Assembly (NCBI GenBank): GCA_951406725.2
Contig: OX597829.1
Location: 38,502,001 to 38,566,000 of the forward strand
DNA: 64,000 nt
Reading direction: 5' to 3'
From: Octopus vulgaris
Lineage: Eukaryota
Positions 12,485-24,674 of this stretch are shown here, one piece after another (position 1 is the first letter of the stretch; each line of letters starts with the position of its first letter). Made by a program: the position numbers and the translations under genes. The notes under the pieces are model-generated. The model did no database searches. It worked only from the letters and a program-made list of their open reading frames with translations, and was not told where the DNA came from.

Positions 12485-12956
12485 CAGATTTTGTCTTTTA
12501 GAATTTGCCATGCCCACTTTCCTTGACCCTTTTTGTACAAACTAACCTCTGGTTCTGTAATACTAAATTTTTTCATTTTAAAACATTTAAATTGAATCCT
12601 TCCATCACATCTTTATGTTAAAAAAATAAATAAAAATCCAAACGGCTTAATAATGAAAAAAATATCTTATTAAATCTCTGTATTTTTGATTATTTTCAAA
12701 CGTATAGCTTTTATTTCATTAGAGACGTAATCAGGAAGAACTTAAACCAATAGTTCACAAATGGCGCACCATGGGGCAGTGGGGGGGTGGTATCTCGGTG
12801 CACTGCTAATTTTTTTTTAAAGAATACAATTTAAGGCATCAGAAAATCCATTCTAAATGAAGAATGTCTTGCAAAACATGTTATTTGCAATTATGTTACA
12901 CACAAATATAATTAGATGTAACATCAAGATAATAGTTTTTTTATTATATTTTAAAT

Positions 12957-13323
12957 TTTAACTTTTCATTACCATATTTCTGCTGAAATACACTGTCTTT
13001 GTGTCAATTAATTTTGAAAAATAATGAATTTATTAAAAGTACTTTGTCATTACTAAGCTGCTGCTAGCTGCTGCTTTGCAAAATAAACTTAACAGGAAAT
13101 TTTGATGGGCAGTGTAAATATAGATGATGTTAACTCTTTTGATCACCAACCTGCTTAAAACTGCCTTTGGTTCTATGAAACAAACCTTTTGTTTAAAGTC
13201 ATCTAAATTGAAGCCTTCAATTAAAATTTCATGTTAATTTATTTTATCAAATTCTTCATTATTTCCAAAATTAATTGAAATAAAGGCAGTGTTTCAGCAG
13301 AAATATGCTAACTAAAGGGTTAA
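12957..13323. mobile_element. Two adjacent MITE 1 copies in opposite orientation
   Basis: Partial minus copy to about 13130, then a plus copy TTAACTCTTTTGATCACC ... CTAAAGGGTTAA. Confidence 0.65.
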
Positions 13324-13533
13324 AACAGGACAATTGTATTATGGAACCAGCATCAGTATCATATAGGCTGGTATCTATAGGGTCAGATTTTTCCATGCGA
13401 AGTGCATCAGTAATTCTGATCATAATATTAGTGCGCTTTGAGAAACATCAACTTGTACCTTAGTCTGACATATAGATGGATAATCTATTGATTAAGTTAA
13501 TTACTTTATTTCATCAAAGATAGCTAGATATAT

Positions 13534-13907
13534 GCTGCAGGTGTGGCTGTGTGGTAAGTAGCTTGCTTACCAGCCACATGGTTCTGGTGTCAGTCCCACT
13601 GTGTGGGACCTTGGGCAAGTGTCTTCTACTATAGCCTCGGGCCGACCAAAGCCTTGTGAGTGGATTTGGTAGACAGAAACTGAAAGAAGCCTGTCGTATA
13701 TATATATATATGTATATATATATATGTGTGTGTGTTTGTGTGTCTGTGTTTGTCCGCCCAACATCGCTTGACAACTGATGGTGGTGTGTTTACATCCCTG
13801 TAACTTAGCAGTCCAGCAAAAGAGACCAATAGAATAAGTCCTGGGGTCGATTTGTTCGACTAAAGGCAGTGCTCCAGCAAGTAAAACAAGTAAAAGAGTA
13901 AAGTGTA
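13534..13907 (+). mobile_element. SINE family A
   Basis: Near full length with small 3' deletions. Confidence 0.9.
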
Positions 13908-14009
13908 TAAGTCAATCCAAATGATTTGCGTCTGTCTTTTCTGAACTCAAATCACACTTCTGATCACATTAGCACTGAAAAAATTATTTATCATCTTATA
14001 TATATATAA

Positions 14010-14195
14010 CTGGTGATGATGCCATGTAAAAAGTACCCAGTATACTTTGTAAAGTGCTGTGTTTTAGGAAAAGCATCTGGCTGTAGAAACCAAGCCAAAA
14101 CAGTTTATGGAACCTGGTGTGGCCTCTGGACTTGCTAGCTCCTATCAAGCTATCCAACCCATGCCAGCATGGAAAATAGATGTTAAATGATGATG
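14010..14195 (+). mobile_element. Family C retroelement, diverged
   Basis: GGAAAAGCATCTGGCTGTAGAAAC ... GTTAAATGATGATG. Confidence 0.65.
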
Positions 14196-14519
14196 GTAGA
14201 TAATCATCATTTACCATCCCTTTTTCTATGCTGGCCATCATATATTGTTGATGTCATGAAAATGTATAGACTTCAAGAAAATATAAAGTAATTCTATTTT
14301 GAAATGGGAAACTTCAATGAAGATGAAGCTATAAATGTAGGTTAGAAAAAAAAAAAACCTTTGGATAGAAAAATAATCGGTTTCTAAAAGGAACTGAGAA
14401 ATTTGAAGGATTGCTTTGGTTCAGTAGTAGATTGCTTGTCATGCCTACAGAAAATGTGGGTTCATATCCAATCACCAGCCTTTGAGTTTTTCTGAAAGGG
14501 TTTTTAGCCTAATATTTAC

Positions 14520-14720
14520 ATGCTATTGTTTATAGCTTTATCTGCTTCAAGATCTACTGTTCCAAAAAAGAAATACATTATATATATATATATATGCTAT
14601 TGTTTATAGCTTTATCTGCTTCAAGACCTACTGTTCCAAAAAAGAAATACATTATATATATATATGCTATTGTTTATAGCTTTATCTGCTTCAAGATCTA
14701 CTGTTCCAAAAAAGAAATAC

Positions 14721-14723
<3 letters not shown>
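14520..14723. repeat. Tandem triplication of a 59-bp unit separated by (TA)n
   Basis: TGCTATTGTTTATAGCTTTATCTGCTTCAAGATCTACTGTTCCAAAAAAGAAATACAT occurs three times. Confidence 0.9.
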
Positions 14724-14760
<37 letters not shown>

Positions 14761-15572
14761 AGTATGCATATAATGTATGTATGATCTTCACTTAAAGACT
14801 GTCACACTGTCCAACCTATGCCAGCCTGGAAACCAGAGTCTGATGAGGACTGCACCATACATCAGTGTTTACTTTGACATAATCTCTATGGCTGAATGCA
14901 CTTCCTGAGGCCAGACAATGCAAATTCAGTTATCTGATCAGGGAAAAATCACCTGCTCCTTGAATTAGCATGCAAATGACTGAGCATTCTACTGACATAT
15001 GTCCCTTAACGTAATTCCCAAACAAAATTTGCATGGTATAAATCTATGACAAGATTATTCATTAGAATTTCAGGCACAATCCATCTGACAGCTTTCTGCT
15101 ATAGCTTCCATTTATCCAGGTATGGGCAGCCTGAGGCTACAGAAAATAATGTTTGCCCAAGATGCCAGTAAGGAATTTGGACGTGAGACCTCATGGTTGT
15201 GAAGTGAACTTTCAACCATTTGTCCCTACTGTACTTACCTAGCAATTTATTTATTTGCCTATCTACTTATCTACCTATTGATCTGCCTATCTATCAATCT
15301 GTCTGTCATATCTAGTTGTCCGTAACTTTCAATCATATGTAATAGTAAAACCATTTATGGGTCACCCTGTACATGCTTAAATTTACAGTGCTGTCATGGC
15401 TGTACGTTCACAGTTATTTTACCATTGTGTGGAAGCTGTATGTGTCAGCTGGATTTGTCTATTTAAAGTTCATTGATTTTAACTTTGGACACAGTGCATA
15501 TGTGTGGTGGTAACAGAATACAACTGCATGACAAAGTAATTCCTTTCAGCAATTTATATTACATAACAATAC

Positions 15573-15607
15573 CTTTCTTATTGACTCTTGAAGGAACGAC
15601 TTTGTAC
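15573..15607 (-). CDS. Candidate 35-bp exon, product unknown
   Basis: TTCTCCACAG acceptor and AG/GTATTG donor. Reads (E)YKVVPSRVNKK in phase with the 15906 candidate. Confidence 0.2.
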
Positions 15608-15635
15608 CTGTGGAGAATTTTTATTTTATTTAATA

Positions 15636-15885
15636 CTAGCAGTATTGCCTGGCATTGCTCGGGTTTGTTTTGACCCTTTAGAATTGGAATTTTTGAAAAA
15701 ATTTGCATTATGTAGCTTGTTATTCTCTTTAAGTGAACATTTTTCTGGTTGAAATACACTGTAAAATGGCAACACAGCAGTAAGAAAATCGTAAAAAATA
15801 GGGATTTTCACAGAAAAAAAGCACCTTTTTGATGTAAATAATTTTTGGTCTTAACATAGTCCGATTTTAATTTTATCTTCTAAGG
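15636..15885 (-). mobile_element. Helitron 3' end, non-autonomous
   Basis: Minus strand ends ACCCGAGCAATGCCAGGCAATACTGCTAG followed by T, i.e. a hairpin plus CTRR. Same terminus as 32781-32810. Confidence 0.75.
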
Positions 15886-15905
15886 AATGTATGACATCTA
15901 CTCAC

Positions 15906-16096
15906 TCGCAGAAAATGCATTGTTTCGGGCCTTTGTTTGAAATGAGACGAGTGGGGATAGTAGACATGAGTAGAGTTGGCTTGGCATCAGCTAGCTCAGT
16001 GTTGAGTAGTTTGGTGGTGTTGGTCATATTAGTAGTAGTCGCAGAGATTATATCTTGAGACAGCAGTATATATGTATGGTTGTGTAGATGACATCT
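15906..16096 (-). CDS. Candidate exon, product unknown
   Basis: Stop-free for about 63 codons (...MTNTTKLLNTELADAKPTLLMSTIPTRLISNKGPKQCIFC) and ends at a consensus GTGAGT donor. The 5' boundary is uncertain; an ATG lies at 16027. Confidence 0.25.
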
Positions 16097-16313
16097 CTGG
16101 ATAATTTCTCTTTGTTCTTATGCTGTGTTGAATTTATTTCTTGTGGATAACATTGAGGAGTTCAAATATTTGATAAATCCAATAGCCATGTTAAAGACAA
16201 TGTTTATTTGTCGCTTTATTCATGTCAAAAGTTAACACTACATCTGCCAAAGATCGGATTAACCCCTGTGTCACTATATTTGCATATGGATGAGGTTATC
16301 ATTTTTATGTAAG

Positions 16314-16344
<31 letters not shown>

Positions 16345-17581
16345 TTGTGTCCTGATATTGCTTATGTACTTAGCATTACGACAATATCATTGCTTAGGCA
16401 ATGGTGTCTCTCTTCATTCCTGCTGTAAAAATATGTATGAATATTGAGTAGTTCTTTGAAAACCACCTCAACAAGCCTTATCCAACCCATACTGTTAAAG
16501 AAAAACGTGGACATTAAAATGAAGCTGACTCCATTTCCATTTTTAATTGAATCTTCAATCTAGTGAATCCACTTTCAATTTTCTGTCAATTTATTTATCT
16601 ATTCAATTAATTTATTCATCTACTTAGCTTATTATTTATTTGTTTTTGTACATTCAAAGTTGTTGCTCCCTTCTATCTTGAGCAGATTTAAATATTGATT
16701 GAGTTTATGTCTTCACAATACGGATAAAGTCTTGATTTAAAGTTTTCTTGCTCGACACATTGTCTTCGTGATCGCTTTATATGGCAGAGTGAATGTCAAA
16801 AGCTACGATGAGCTGCTAAGATGACATTTTTCATATATGAGTGTTCCAGCACTCTAGATAAGAAAAACCTGATGAAATAATAATTCTTCCATTCTCATAT
16901 TGTCTTTGGGACAGCTATTCAATCAAATGCAAGAGAATTCTTTGTAAATCTTCTAAGATTAAGATGGATATAATTCTATCTCAGTCTTAATGCTGAGTTT
17001 GATTTAAAAAGAAATTCAATTTGTTTTATATCTTTTGCTATTGTTTATGTTTCTTTGTTTTTCGTTATTTTTAATTTTTGTTCTTGTTTGTCTTTTGCAG
17101 TGTGTAGTAAAAAAAAAAAAACCTGGGTTGATTGTGTATCTCTAAATTCTAATTGTTTGAACAAATTGGTTTACACTACTGCCATTCTTTTCTATTCTGT
17201 ATCCTTCATCAAGGCACCTAAATCTGTTTCTTCAAGCTTGCCTGATACCACACAAAATCGAATTCCACTCCTATTTAATGGTTGATTGATTAGCAATGAG
17301 AAGGGGCATTCACTGTAAGAAAAAAATCCCAAAACACACACACACACACTGAGCCAAGAGATTCTCTGTGTTGTTGCTTAAGCTGCTGAAAGTATCAACC
17401 TAGTATGTCTCAAACAGTGGTGTTAAATAGGTTGTAGTTTTCCCACTTCCTTAAACATGACACTGCTTTGACCACAATTAACACTAATATATAAGGTGGT
17501 CACTCTATGCCACTGGCATCACATCTCACTCCTCTCTACTGTTTTAGATTTGGAATACATCTTGTACAGTAATGTAGTTCT

Positions 17582-17767
17582 GCCTATCGGTATTTCGTCT
17601 GCTGCTACATTCTGAGTTCAAATTTTGCCGAGGTCAACTTTGCCTTTCATCCTTTTAGGGTCGATTAAATAAGCACCAGTTATGCAGTGGGAGTCTATGT
17701 AATAGACTTAGTCCCTTTGTCTGTCCCCTCTATGTTTAGCCCCTTGCGGGCAATAAAGAATTTTAAA
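17582..17767 (+). mobile_element. SINE family D (Meta-domain-like), 5' truncated
   Basis: GACTTTGCCTTTCATCC-type core. TSD AATGTAGTTCT at 17571-17581 and 17768-17778. Confidence 0.8.
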
Positions 17768-18066
17768 AATGTAGTTCTCAACAGTGTGCATAACTCTGGG
17801 ATCAAGGAGTCACTCCAAGTTGAGCTGCTACTTCTTTGCAATGAGAGCTCATATCTCAAATATTACAGACATGTGACTAGAATATTGTAGGAGAGAATTG
17901 CAAGACAGATTCTTCAAGCTGAGTCAATTGGTATACCAAGATTGAGATGGTTGGTAAAGTGTAATGATGGTTGCTTCTGATAGGACCCTATGAAAGAAGT
18001 GCCCAAGGATTCTGCTGTTACAACCCTCCCAGGAATAGTGGATGGAGAACATAGATGACTGGATGG
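17768..18066 (+). mobile_element. RTE-clade (Rex3/Expander-like) LINE 3' fragment
   Basis: VHNSGIKESLQVELLLLCNESSYLKYYRHVTRIL*ERIARQILQA resembles the post-RT region of RTE elements. (GATG)-type tail. Confidence 0.6.
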
Positions 18067-18225
18067 CTATGGCCAGGCTGGGTTCACTTATAGGTCTGTT
18101 CAGTCAAGGTTAAAATGAGGTTAATTAACACCAAAAAATAATTGGCCAAACAAATTAACCATTTTACTTTTTGAAGCATGAAAAAAATTACAGCAAAATA
18201 TTTTTGGCTTGTTTGGAGTGTCCTC

Positions 18226-18600
18226 TTTTATCTTTTACATGTTTCAATCATTGGACTGTGGCCATGTTGGGGCACCACCTTGAAGGCTTTAGCCAAACAA
18301 ATTAGCATTATTTTAAAGCTTGGCACTTTTTCTGGTGGTCCCTTTTGTCAAATCACTGTTTTGGGAATGCAAATGAGACACCAATTATTGAGCAATGATG
18401 GGGAAACACATGCACACACACACACACACACACTTTATATATATATATATATATAATTACAGGCTCCCAAATTCACTTGCAAAACATTGGTTGACCCAGG
18501 GCTATAGTAGAAAACACTTACCCAAGGTGCTGTGCAGTAGTTCTAACCCTAAAACCGTGACTGGAAAGAAAGCTTCTCAACCACATAGCCATAACTGTGC
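18226..18600 (-). mobile_element. SINE family A, old copy
   Basis: Diverged head-to-tail similarity to family A. Confidence 0.65.
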
Positions 18601-18658
18601 CATGTGTATGTATATATATGTATTCATATGTACATATATGTATACATGCGTGTATGTG

Positions 18659-18693
<35 letters not shown>

Positions 18694-18745
18694 GTGTGTG
18701 TATGTATATGTATGTATATATATATAAATATGTGTGTGTGTATAC

Positions 18746-18785
<40 letters not shown>

Positions 18786-19563
18786 TCACATATGATAGGC
18801 TTCATACAGTATCCATCACACACAAGACTGTAGTATAAGATGAGTGCTCAAGGTGGGATTGAAACCAAAATGGTTTGCTTGCAAAGCAAACTCATCACTC
18901 ACACAGCCATTCCTGTTCTGTGAAGATAAAAATTTTATTTTCGCAGTGTCTAGTAAAATGTAATGTTCATGAATGCTAGACATTATGGCTATGGTATAAC
19001 ATGTATATCACGACATTTGTTGGAAGCAAGAGCAAAGAATATTTCTTGCAAGAAATATCATATTGGAATATATAAATATTTTATATTTAATATCGATTCG
19101 TGAACATTACTCTGGCAACTCACAAATTACGTAACAATATTTGTGTGAATCTGTTCATCTTCAGATTGTTAAAGGGTTCAGCGTTCTCATTCATATCAGT
19201 TAGTAATTTTTTTATATAATTCTCAGAAAATTCTTTTTTTTTTTTTTTACAAAAAAAAAAAATTTTAAACATTCAAAAGAAGCTCATGGAAAGTTATTGA
19301 TTTGTCAAAATGGGTCGCGTTGATAAAATGCTGGGAATCCATGCAGCACATGGAACACAGTAAGATCAATAGAAGCTGATAGGTTTTCATCATTTCATCA
19401 CCTTGAAAACTACTTGGTTAGCATCAGCTAAAAAGAACTGTACTTATAGAACTGTTCTTTAAAAATTACATTTATTTTAGTAATTCTCTCTATTTATAGA
19501 ACTGTATCCGTTTATTTAGAGAACTAATTTGAGGAAATGCATGGGCGTGTGTGTGTGTGTATT

Positions 19564-19614
<51 letters not shown>

Positions 19615-20199
19615 TTATAGAACTGTATCTATTATTTGGAAATATATTTATAAATCTGTCTCTCTGTATTATATGACAATAGGTTTTTCTGTTTATTTAT
19701 AGAACTATTTTAATTCACATTTTGCTTGCTTTTGTTTATCTAGACTAAAGCACGTATTTACTGTTCAATCGTAGTTTAATCATCTCTATAGGGGAAACAA
19801 AATTAGTTGTTGAGACTGAAGATCATAACAAAAGCTAGCAGTAGATTCTTTATAAATAGTCTTAAAAAATTAGTTGGAAGATTACGATTTCAGTATCAGA
19901 AGAAGGAGAAAAAGTTTTGCAGTCAGATAATTCACATTTCATTGAAAGTCAATATCGAAACTATTTCATACATATATATTCATGCCCGACATTTAAAATT
20001 ATTAAATATTTTTACTGTAAACAACAGGAAATAGCAGGTGTTAAACATAGGATTTGGATATATTTTATACAAAATTATTGTGAATTGGGCTGTGTTATGT
20101 TACTAAAGAACCAAGCAGAGATAGTGTAACAAGGAAGTGTCTATGTCATGACAGGTCTTTTTGTTTGTTGTGCCAATTTATTGGAAATATCCTTGCCTT

Positions 20200-20430
20200 C
20201 ATACCTACCTATCTATCTGTCTATCTATTTACCTACCTATCTATCTATTTACCTACCTATCTATCTGTTTACCTACTTACCTATCTATCTATTTACCTAC
20301 TTACCTATCTATCTATTTACCTACCTACCTATCTATCTGTTTACCTACCTACCTACCTATCTATCTATTTACTCACCTACCTACCTACCTGCCTATCTAT
20401 CTATCTATTTACCTGCCTACCTCCCTCTCT
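20200..20430. repeat. Compound (TACC)n/(TATC)n microsatellite
   Basis: Seen directly. Confidence 0.9.
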
Positions 20431-20547
20431 ACTTCTCAAATACAAAACATATATGGCAAAATACTGAGACACATCCATCCCATACCAGCATGGAATGTTT
20501 CCCATGTAATACAGCAAAGTATCTCAGATTTTTTTTTTGATCTTACA

Positions 20548-20579
<32 letters not shown>

Positions 20580-21757
20580 TTGCGTGTGTATAAAAAAAAA
20601 TGTGTAGCATAGTGAATGTTCATCTTTGATTGAATAAATAAATGCTGCTCCAGGTATTGAGTAGCTTTTACTCATTCAATGCTTGTTTATCCGAATGTGT
20701 GTAGTGGCAGCTGAACTGAATCATAAATTAAAACACAGTATGATGACTGCTATTGATAAGGAGGAATGGTATGGAACCCCTTTAGCAGGTAGACTGACAC
20801 TACCGATTCACCTCTTCATTCTCACTCTGTTAATTATAATTAATTCTATGTTGAGAATCAAGGTGGAAAGAGGTTGTGAAGTTAAATCATGGAAATTGAA
20901 TTAAAAGCTTTTAATTTTTAAATATAAATTTAAAAATTAGCTTTCTTTTATATTTAGTGTTGTTGTTGTTGTTGTTCTCCTATTTATTTCTTCCAATTTT
21001 TTCACACGAGGGCTTTTACCCCCCACCCCTTAACCATTGTTAACTCTCTTTCACTGCAAAATTGAACTTATTTACTCTAGTAATGATGTTAAATAAGTAC
21101 CTATATATATATATATATCATCATCATCATCATCATCATCGTTTAACGTCCGCTTTCCATGCTAGCATGGGTTGGACGGTTCAACTGGGGTCTGGGAAGC
21201 CCGAAGGCTGCACCAGGCCAGTCAGATATATATATATATATAAGGGAGTGAAAAATTTCATTGCTAATATAAGGGTAAATAATTATTAATTTTAAAAATT
21301 AATAATTATTATCAAGTAGTTTCGGTATGGAAAGGGAGCCATTTATCAGTAGGAACTTTTACAAAAAAGAGTTTTTATATATATATATAACCACATACCA
21401 AAAATTTAGAAATAGTAAATAAGAATAAGTGGTCTTTGGCTGCTATTTCTAAATATTCGGTATGTGGTTAAGCAACTTGTTGCTTAACCCTAATTATATA
21501 TATATATATATATATATAATTGGTATAATCATTTTGCCTCAGTAAACTTGACATATCTCGACAGAAAATAGTTTCAAACATAATATTCCTCAACAAAAGA
21601 AAGAAAAGCTGTTGGAAAACCAAATAGTTTCTGTATAGTAGGATTGAACCTGAGATCAGGAAACTGCAAAGTTTACTTAATTATGCAGCTATACCTGCAT
21701 AATTTTAGCTTAGTGTCTAGTAGGAAACTGTTATGGTATTCTAGGCCCGGGTCAATC

Positions 21758-21973
21758 TTAACCCTTTTACATTCAGATTACTGTGTCAAATGTAATGTTT
21801 ATTTATTTGTAATGTTTTGAATTTATTATGTACTAATCTCATTGCTTTAAGATTTCAATAGTTTTAGACTGGCATTGTAGGGTAGGTGTGAGAGGTAGGA
21901 TCTGGGTGGTTAGAACATAAAACAAGTAGAATATTTGGGCCGGATGTGGCTAGTATAAATGTTAAAGAGTTAA
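21758..21973 (+). mobile_element. piggyBac-like MITE family 2
   Basis: TTAA-CCCTTTTACATTC ... GTTAAAGAG-TTAA. Confidence 0.75.
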
Positions 21974-22573
21974 ACAAGCAAACCTAATATCTAAAACATT
22001 CCAACTACAGCCACCCTATCTTGTTTCATATACAATAACATGACATTTATCCAATGTTTTCTCTTTTTACTCTTTAAGTAGTAGGATTTCTTTTTTTTAA
22101 TTTCAAATATGTTATTTGAGAAAGATTTGGTTGCTATTTCTAGCTATTAGATTGACTTGTTTTCAATAAATGACATTCCTTGTCCTCTTAAATGTTTCAA
22201 TTAATTTTGAAAATAATGTAATTCTGTAAATTTAATTTTGTCATTTATTATTTAATCTTTTTGTTGCTACATTTCTGTTGAAGTACACTGCTTTTCTTTT
22301 AATTAATTTTGGAAATGAAGAATTTCATAAATATAACTATAACTTAAATTAAAATTTACGCTTAAAAAAAAAAAAGGCAAAAATTATTTGAAGCATAAAT
22401 TAACATAAAATTTTAATGGAGAGTTCAGTTTAGATCATTTTAAACAGAAAATTTACATCATAGAGTTACTAATAGTCTCTGGTGGGTTGGTATCCAGAAA
22501 ATTGAACTGATGTTTGGAACATATCTTAATGCAAAGTTTTACATAAAATTACAATGGTAACTTTTAAAATATG

Positions 22574-22913
22574 TTCTGTTGTGTCTGGAGAGAGTCATTT
22601 TCTTTTTGTGCCTTATGTAACACACTCACCGATAAAATTTCCACTTTTTCTTTCTTATCTTTATTGTCCTAAAATTTTCGTTGTGTCTTGCAACCTTTCC
22701 GATACTTTCAAGAGTCAAAAGTATTGAAAAGGTTGCAAGACGCACCGAAAATTTTAGGACAATAAAAATAAGAAAAAAAGTGGAAATTTTACCGGTGAGT
22801 GTGTTACATAATAAGGCACAAAAAGAAAATGACTCTCCCCAGACACAACAGAATATGCTTCAACACACGAACTCGTATAAAGAATCTTGCAAACCAAATC
22901 CCAAAACGAAATA
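22574..22913. mobile_element. Palindromic insertion, Penelope-like by inference
   Basis: Arms of about 138 bp (22571-22708 and 22718-22856), a one-sided tail, and TSD TTTTAAAATATG at 22562-22573 and 22914-22925. Confidence 0.7.
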
Positions 22914-23093
22914 TTTTAAAATATGAACATCTTAAACTGAGAGGTTATTTATACATTACATGTTTAACTCTTATGTTATTGTATTTTTATTGAAATACAC
23001 TGCCTTTTGTTAGAATTAATTTTGAAAATAACAAAGAATTTACTAAAATAACTTTTGTCATTATAATGAAGTTTAGATGAAAGGTTTGACTTT

Positions 23094-23366
23094 AAAGTGA
23101 TAGCATGTTGTCAACTTAATATGACAGTCCCATGAGAGGAAGAGTCTCTGGATGCTGGCTTTGCTGGGTGGAGGTGCTTGTCTCCACTTTGAAAACATAA
23201 GGACACAGGAAATGTGTCAAGTCCAACAGGAAACAGTGTTTCCTAGGGCTAAATAACAGTAGCATTCTTCCCTTTTATGGGACTGTCACATTAAGTTGAC
23301 AACATACTATCACCTTATCGTGCTGCTACTGCATAAATCTCTGAAATTTAGAAACGTATTATTTCT
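23094..23366. mobile_element. Inverted-repeat element with one-sided tail, nested in MITE 1
   Basis: Inverted repeats of about 45 bp (GTGATAGCATGTTGTCAACTTAATATGACAGTCCCAT). TSD AGGTTTGACTTT at 23082-23093 and 23367-23378. Confidence 0.7.
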
Positions 23367-23599
23367 AGGTTTGACTTTGATTTAGATCACTTGAAACTGA
23401 GAAGTTTGTATCATAGAACTAGGGATGGTCTCAGACAGGTTCATATCAAAAAGCGGGTAGCCAAGGGTATTGTTTCTGGTATTATTAGAACCCAAGGCTG
23501 GTGGTGGTAGGGAATATAGGATTTGATGTCCAGTGTTAATTTTTTGTAAATAAAAATGACAAAAATCCATATTTTCCTTCAATTTCCTTGTTATCTATA

Positions 23600-23910
23600 T
23601 CATCATCATTTAACGTTTTCTTTCTATGCTGGCATGGGTTGGACGGTTTGACTGAGGACTGGCAAGCCAGTAGGCTGCACCAGGCTCCAATCTGATCAAG
23701 CAAGGTTTCTACAGCTGGATGCCCTTCCTAACGCCAACCACTCCGAGAGTGTAGTGGGTGCTTTTTATGTGCCACCAGCATGGGAGCCTGTCAGGAAGCA
23801 CTGGCACCTACCACATTTGGATGGTGCATTTTATGTGCCACCGGCACAGAAGCCAGTCAGGTGACACTGTCCACAGCTACAATTTCGATTTTACTTGACT
23901 GAACAGGTCT
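23600..23910 (-). mobile_element. Family C retroelement, near full length
   Basis: Matches 50660-51045 in reverse. Confidence 0.8.
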
Positions 23911-24242
23911 TAAGTAAAATATAATCTAGCTATTGATATCTTTTGAAGTCACACAGACATTTAATGGTTCTCACCACAAGTTGTGATATCAGTACCACAC
24001 CACCTCAGCTAGCATACATATTAGTATGTCCAACAATGATTGCACAAAGAAACATAAGATCATTCTTATAATTTTGACCTTGTTTGATGTTATGCTATCG
24101 GTGAAACTAAAGTATTTAGTTACAATTCTGTCCAATTTTTTTCTCTTTATTCATCACTCACCATTGGTCACTAAGCTTCAATGAGAATACAAATAAGTGG
24201 TGTAAACTTGAATGAGTATGGTACATAACAATAACTTGGTGA

Positions 24243-24505
24243 TACAGTTCTATATGGCATAGTGGTTAAGAGCGTGGGCTACTAATTCCAAGATTCCGAG
24301 TTTGATTCCAGGCAGTGACCTGAATAATTATAATAATAATGATAATAATAATCATAATAATATTGAAAAATACTTCAAGAATGAGAACCCAGGTTCAAAA
24401 TTTCCTCAAGGCACCTAATGAAGGCTGGAGGGTATATCAACCGAAACATTGTGTTAACAACAAATAAGATGAGGACAAATATCCATCAAATGTAAATAAT
24501 GTAAT
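24243..24505 (+). mobile_element. SINE family G: tRNA-like head, (AAT)n, hammerhead-like module
   Basis: A box TGGCATAGTGG, B box GAGTTTGATTCC. TSD TAACTTGGTGA at 24232-24242 and 24506-24516. Confidence 0.75.
24411..24454 (+). ncRNA. Degenerate minimal type I hammerhead ribozyme
   Basis: GCAC-CTAATGA-A-GGCTG(gagggtatat)CAACC-GAAA-CATT-GTGT. Stem I GCAC/GTGT, stem II 4 of 5 pairs, one G-to-A change in the core. Confidence 0.55.
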
Positions 24506-24674
24506 TAACTTGGTGACTTATTTGGGATACGCCTGTCCAAATTGACAAGATCAAGGAAAACTGATTGTCTAAGAATGAGAAAAGGAATATTTTTACTCTA
24601 ATAGCCATTTAGGTTTCTTCTGACCAAAGCAGTGTCTGAGAGGAGGCGAAAAAACTATTGAATTGTAAGTGGCA

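Noticed and set aside
14520-14723. Repeat-spacer pattern resembling CRISPR (also 49960-50442)
   Set aside because: Spacers are (TA)n or diverged unit sequence, the context is eukaryotic, and no cas genes are present.
21315-21355. CTGATAA...GAAAC on the minus strand
   Set aside because: The core is altered and stem II does not close next to GAAA, so it is too weak to call a hammerhead.
24250-24320. Functional tRNA genes at SINE heads (also 41525, 46691, 47375 and 55922)
   Set aside because: Acceptor stems do not pair or are missing, and the heads continue into SINE bodies or sit among SINE fragments.
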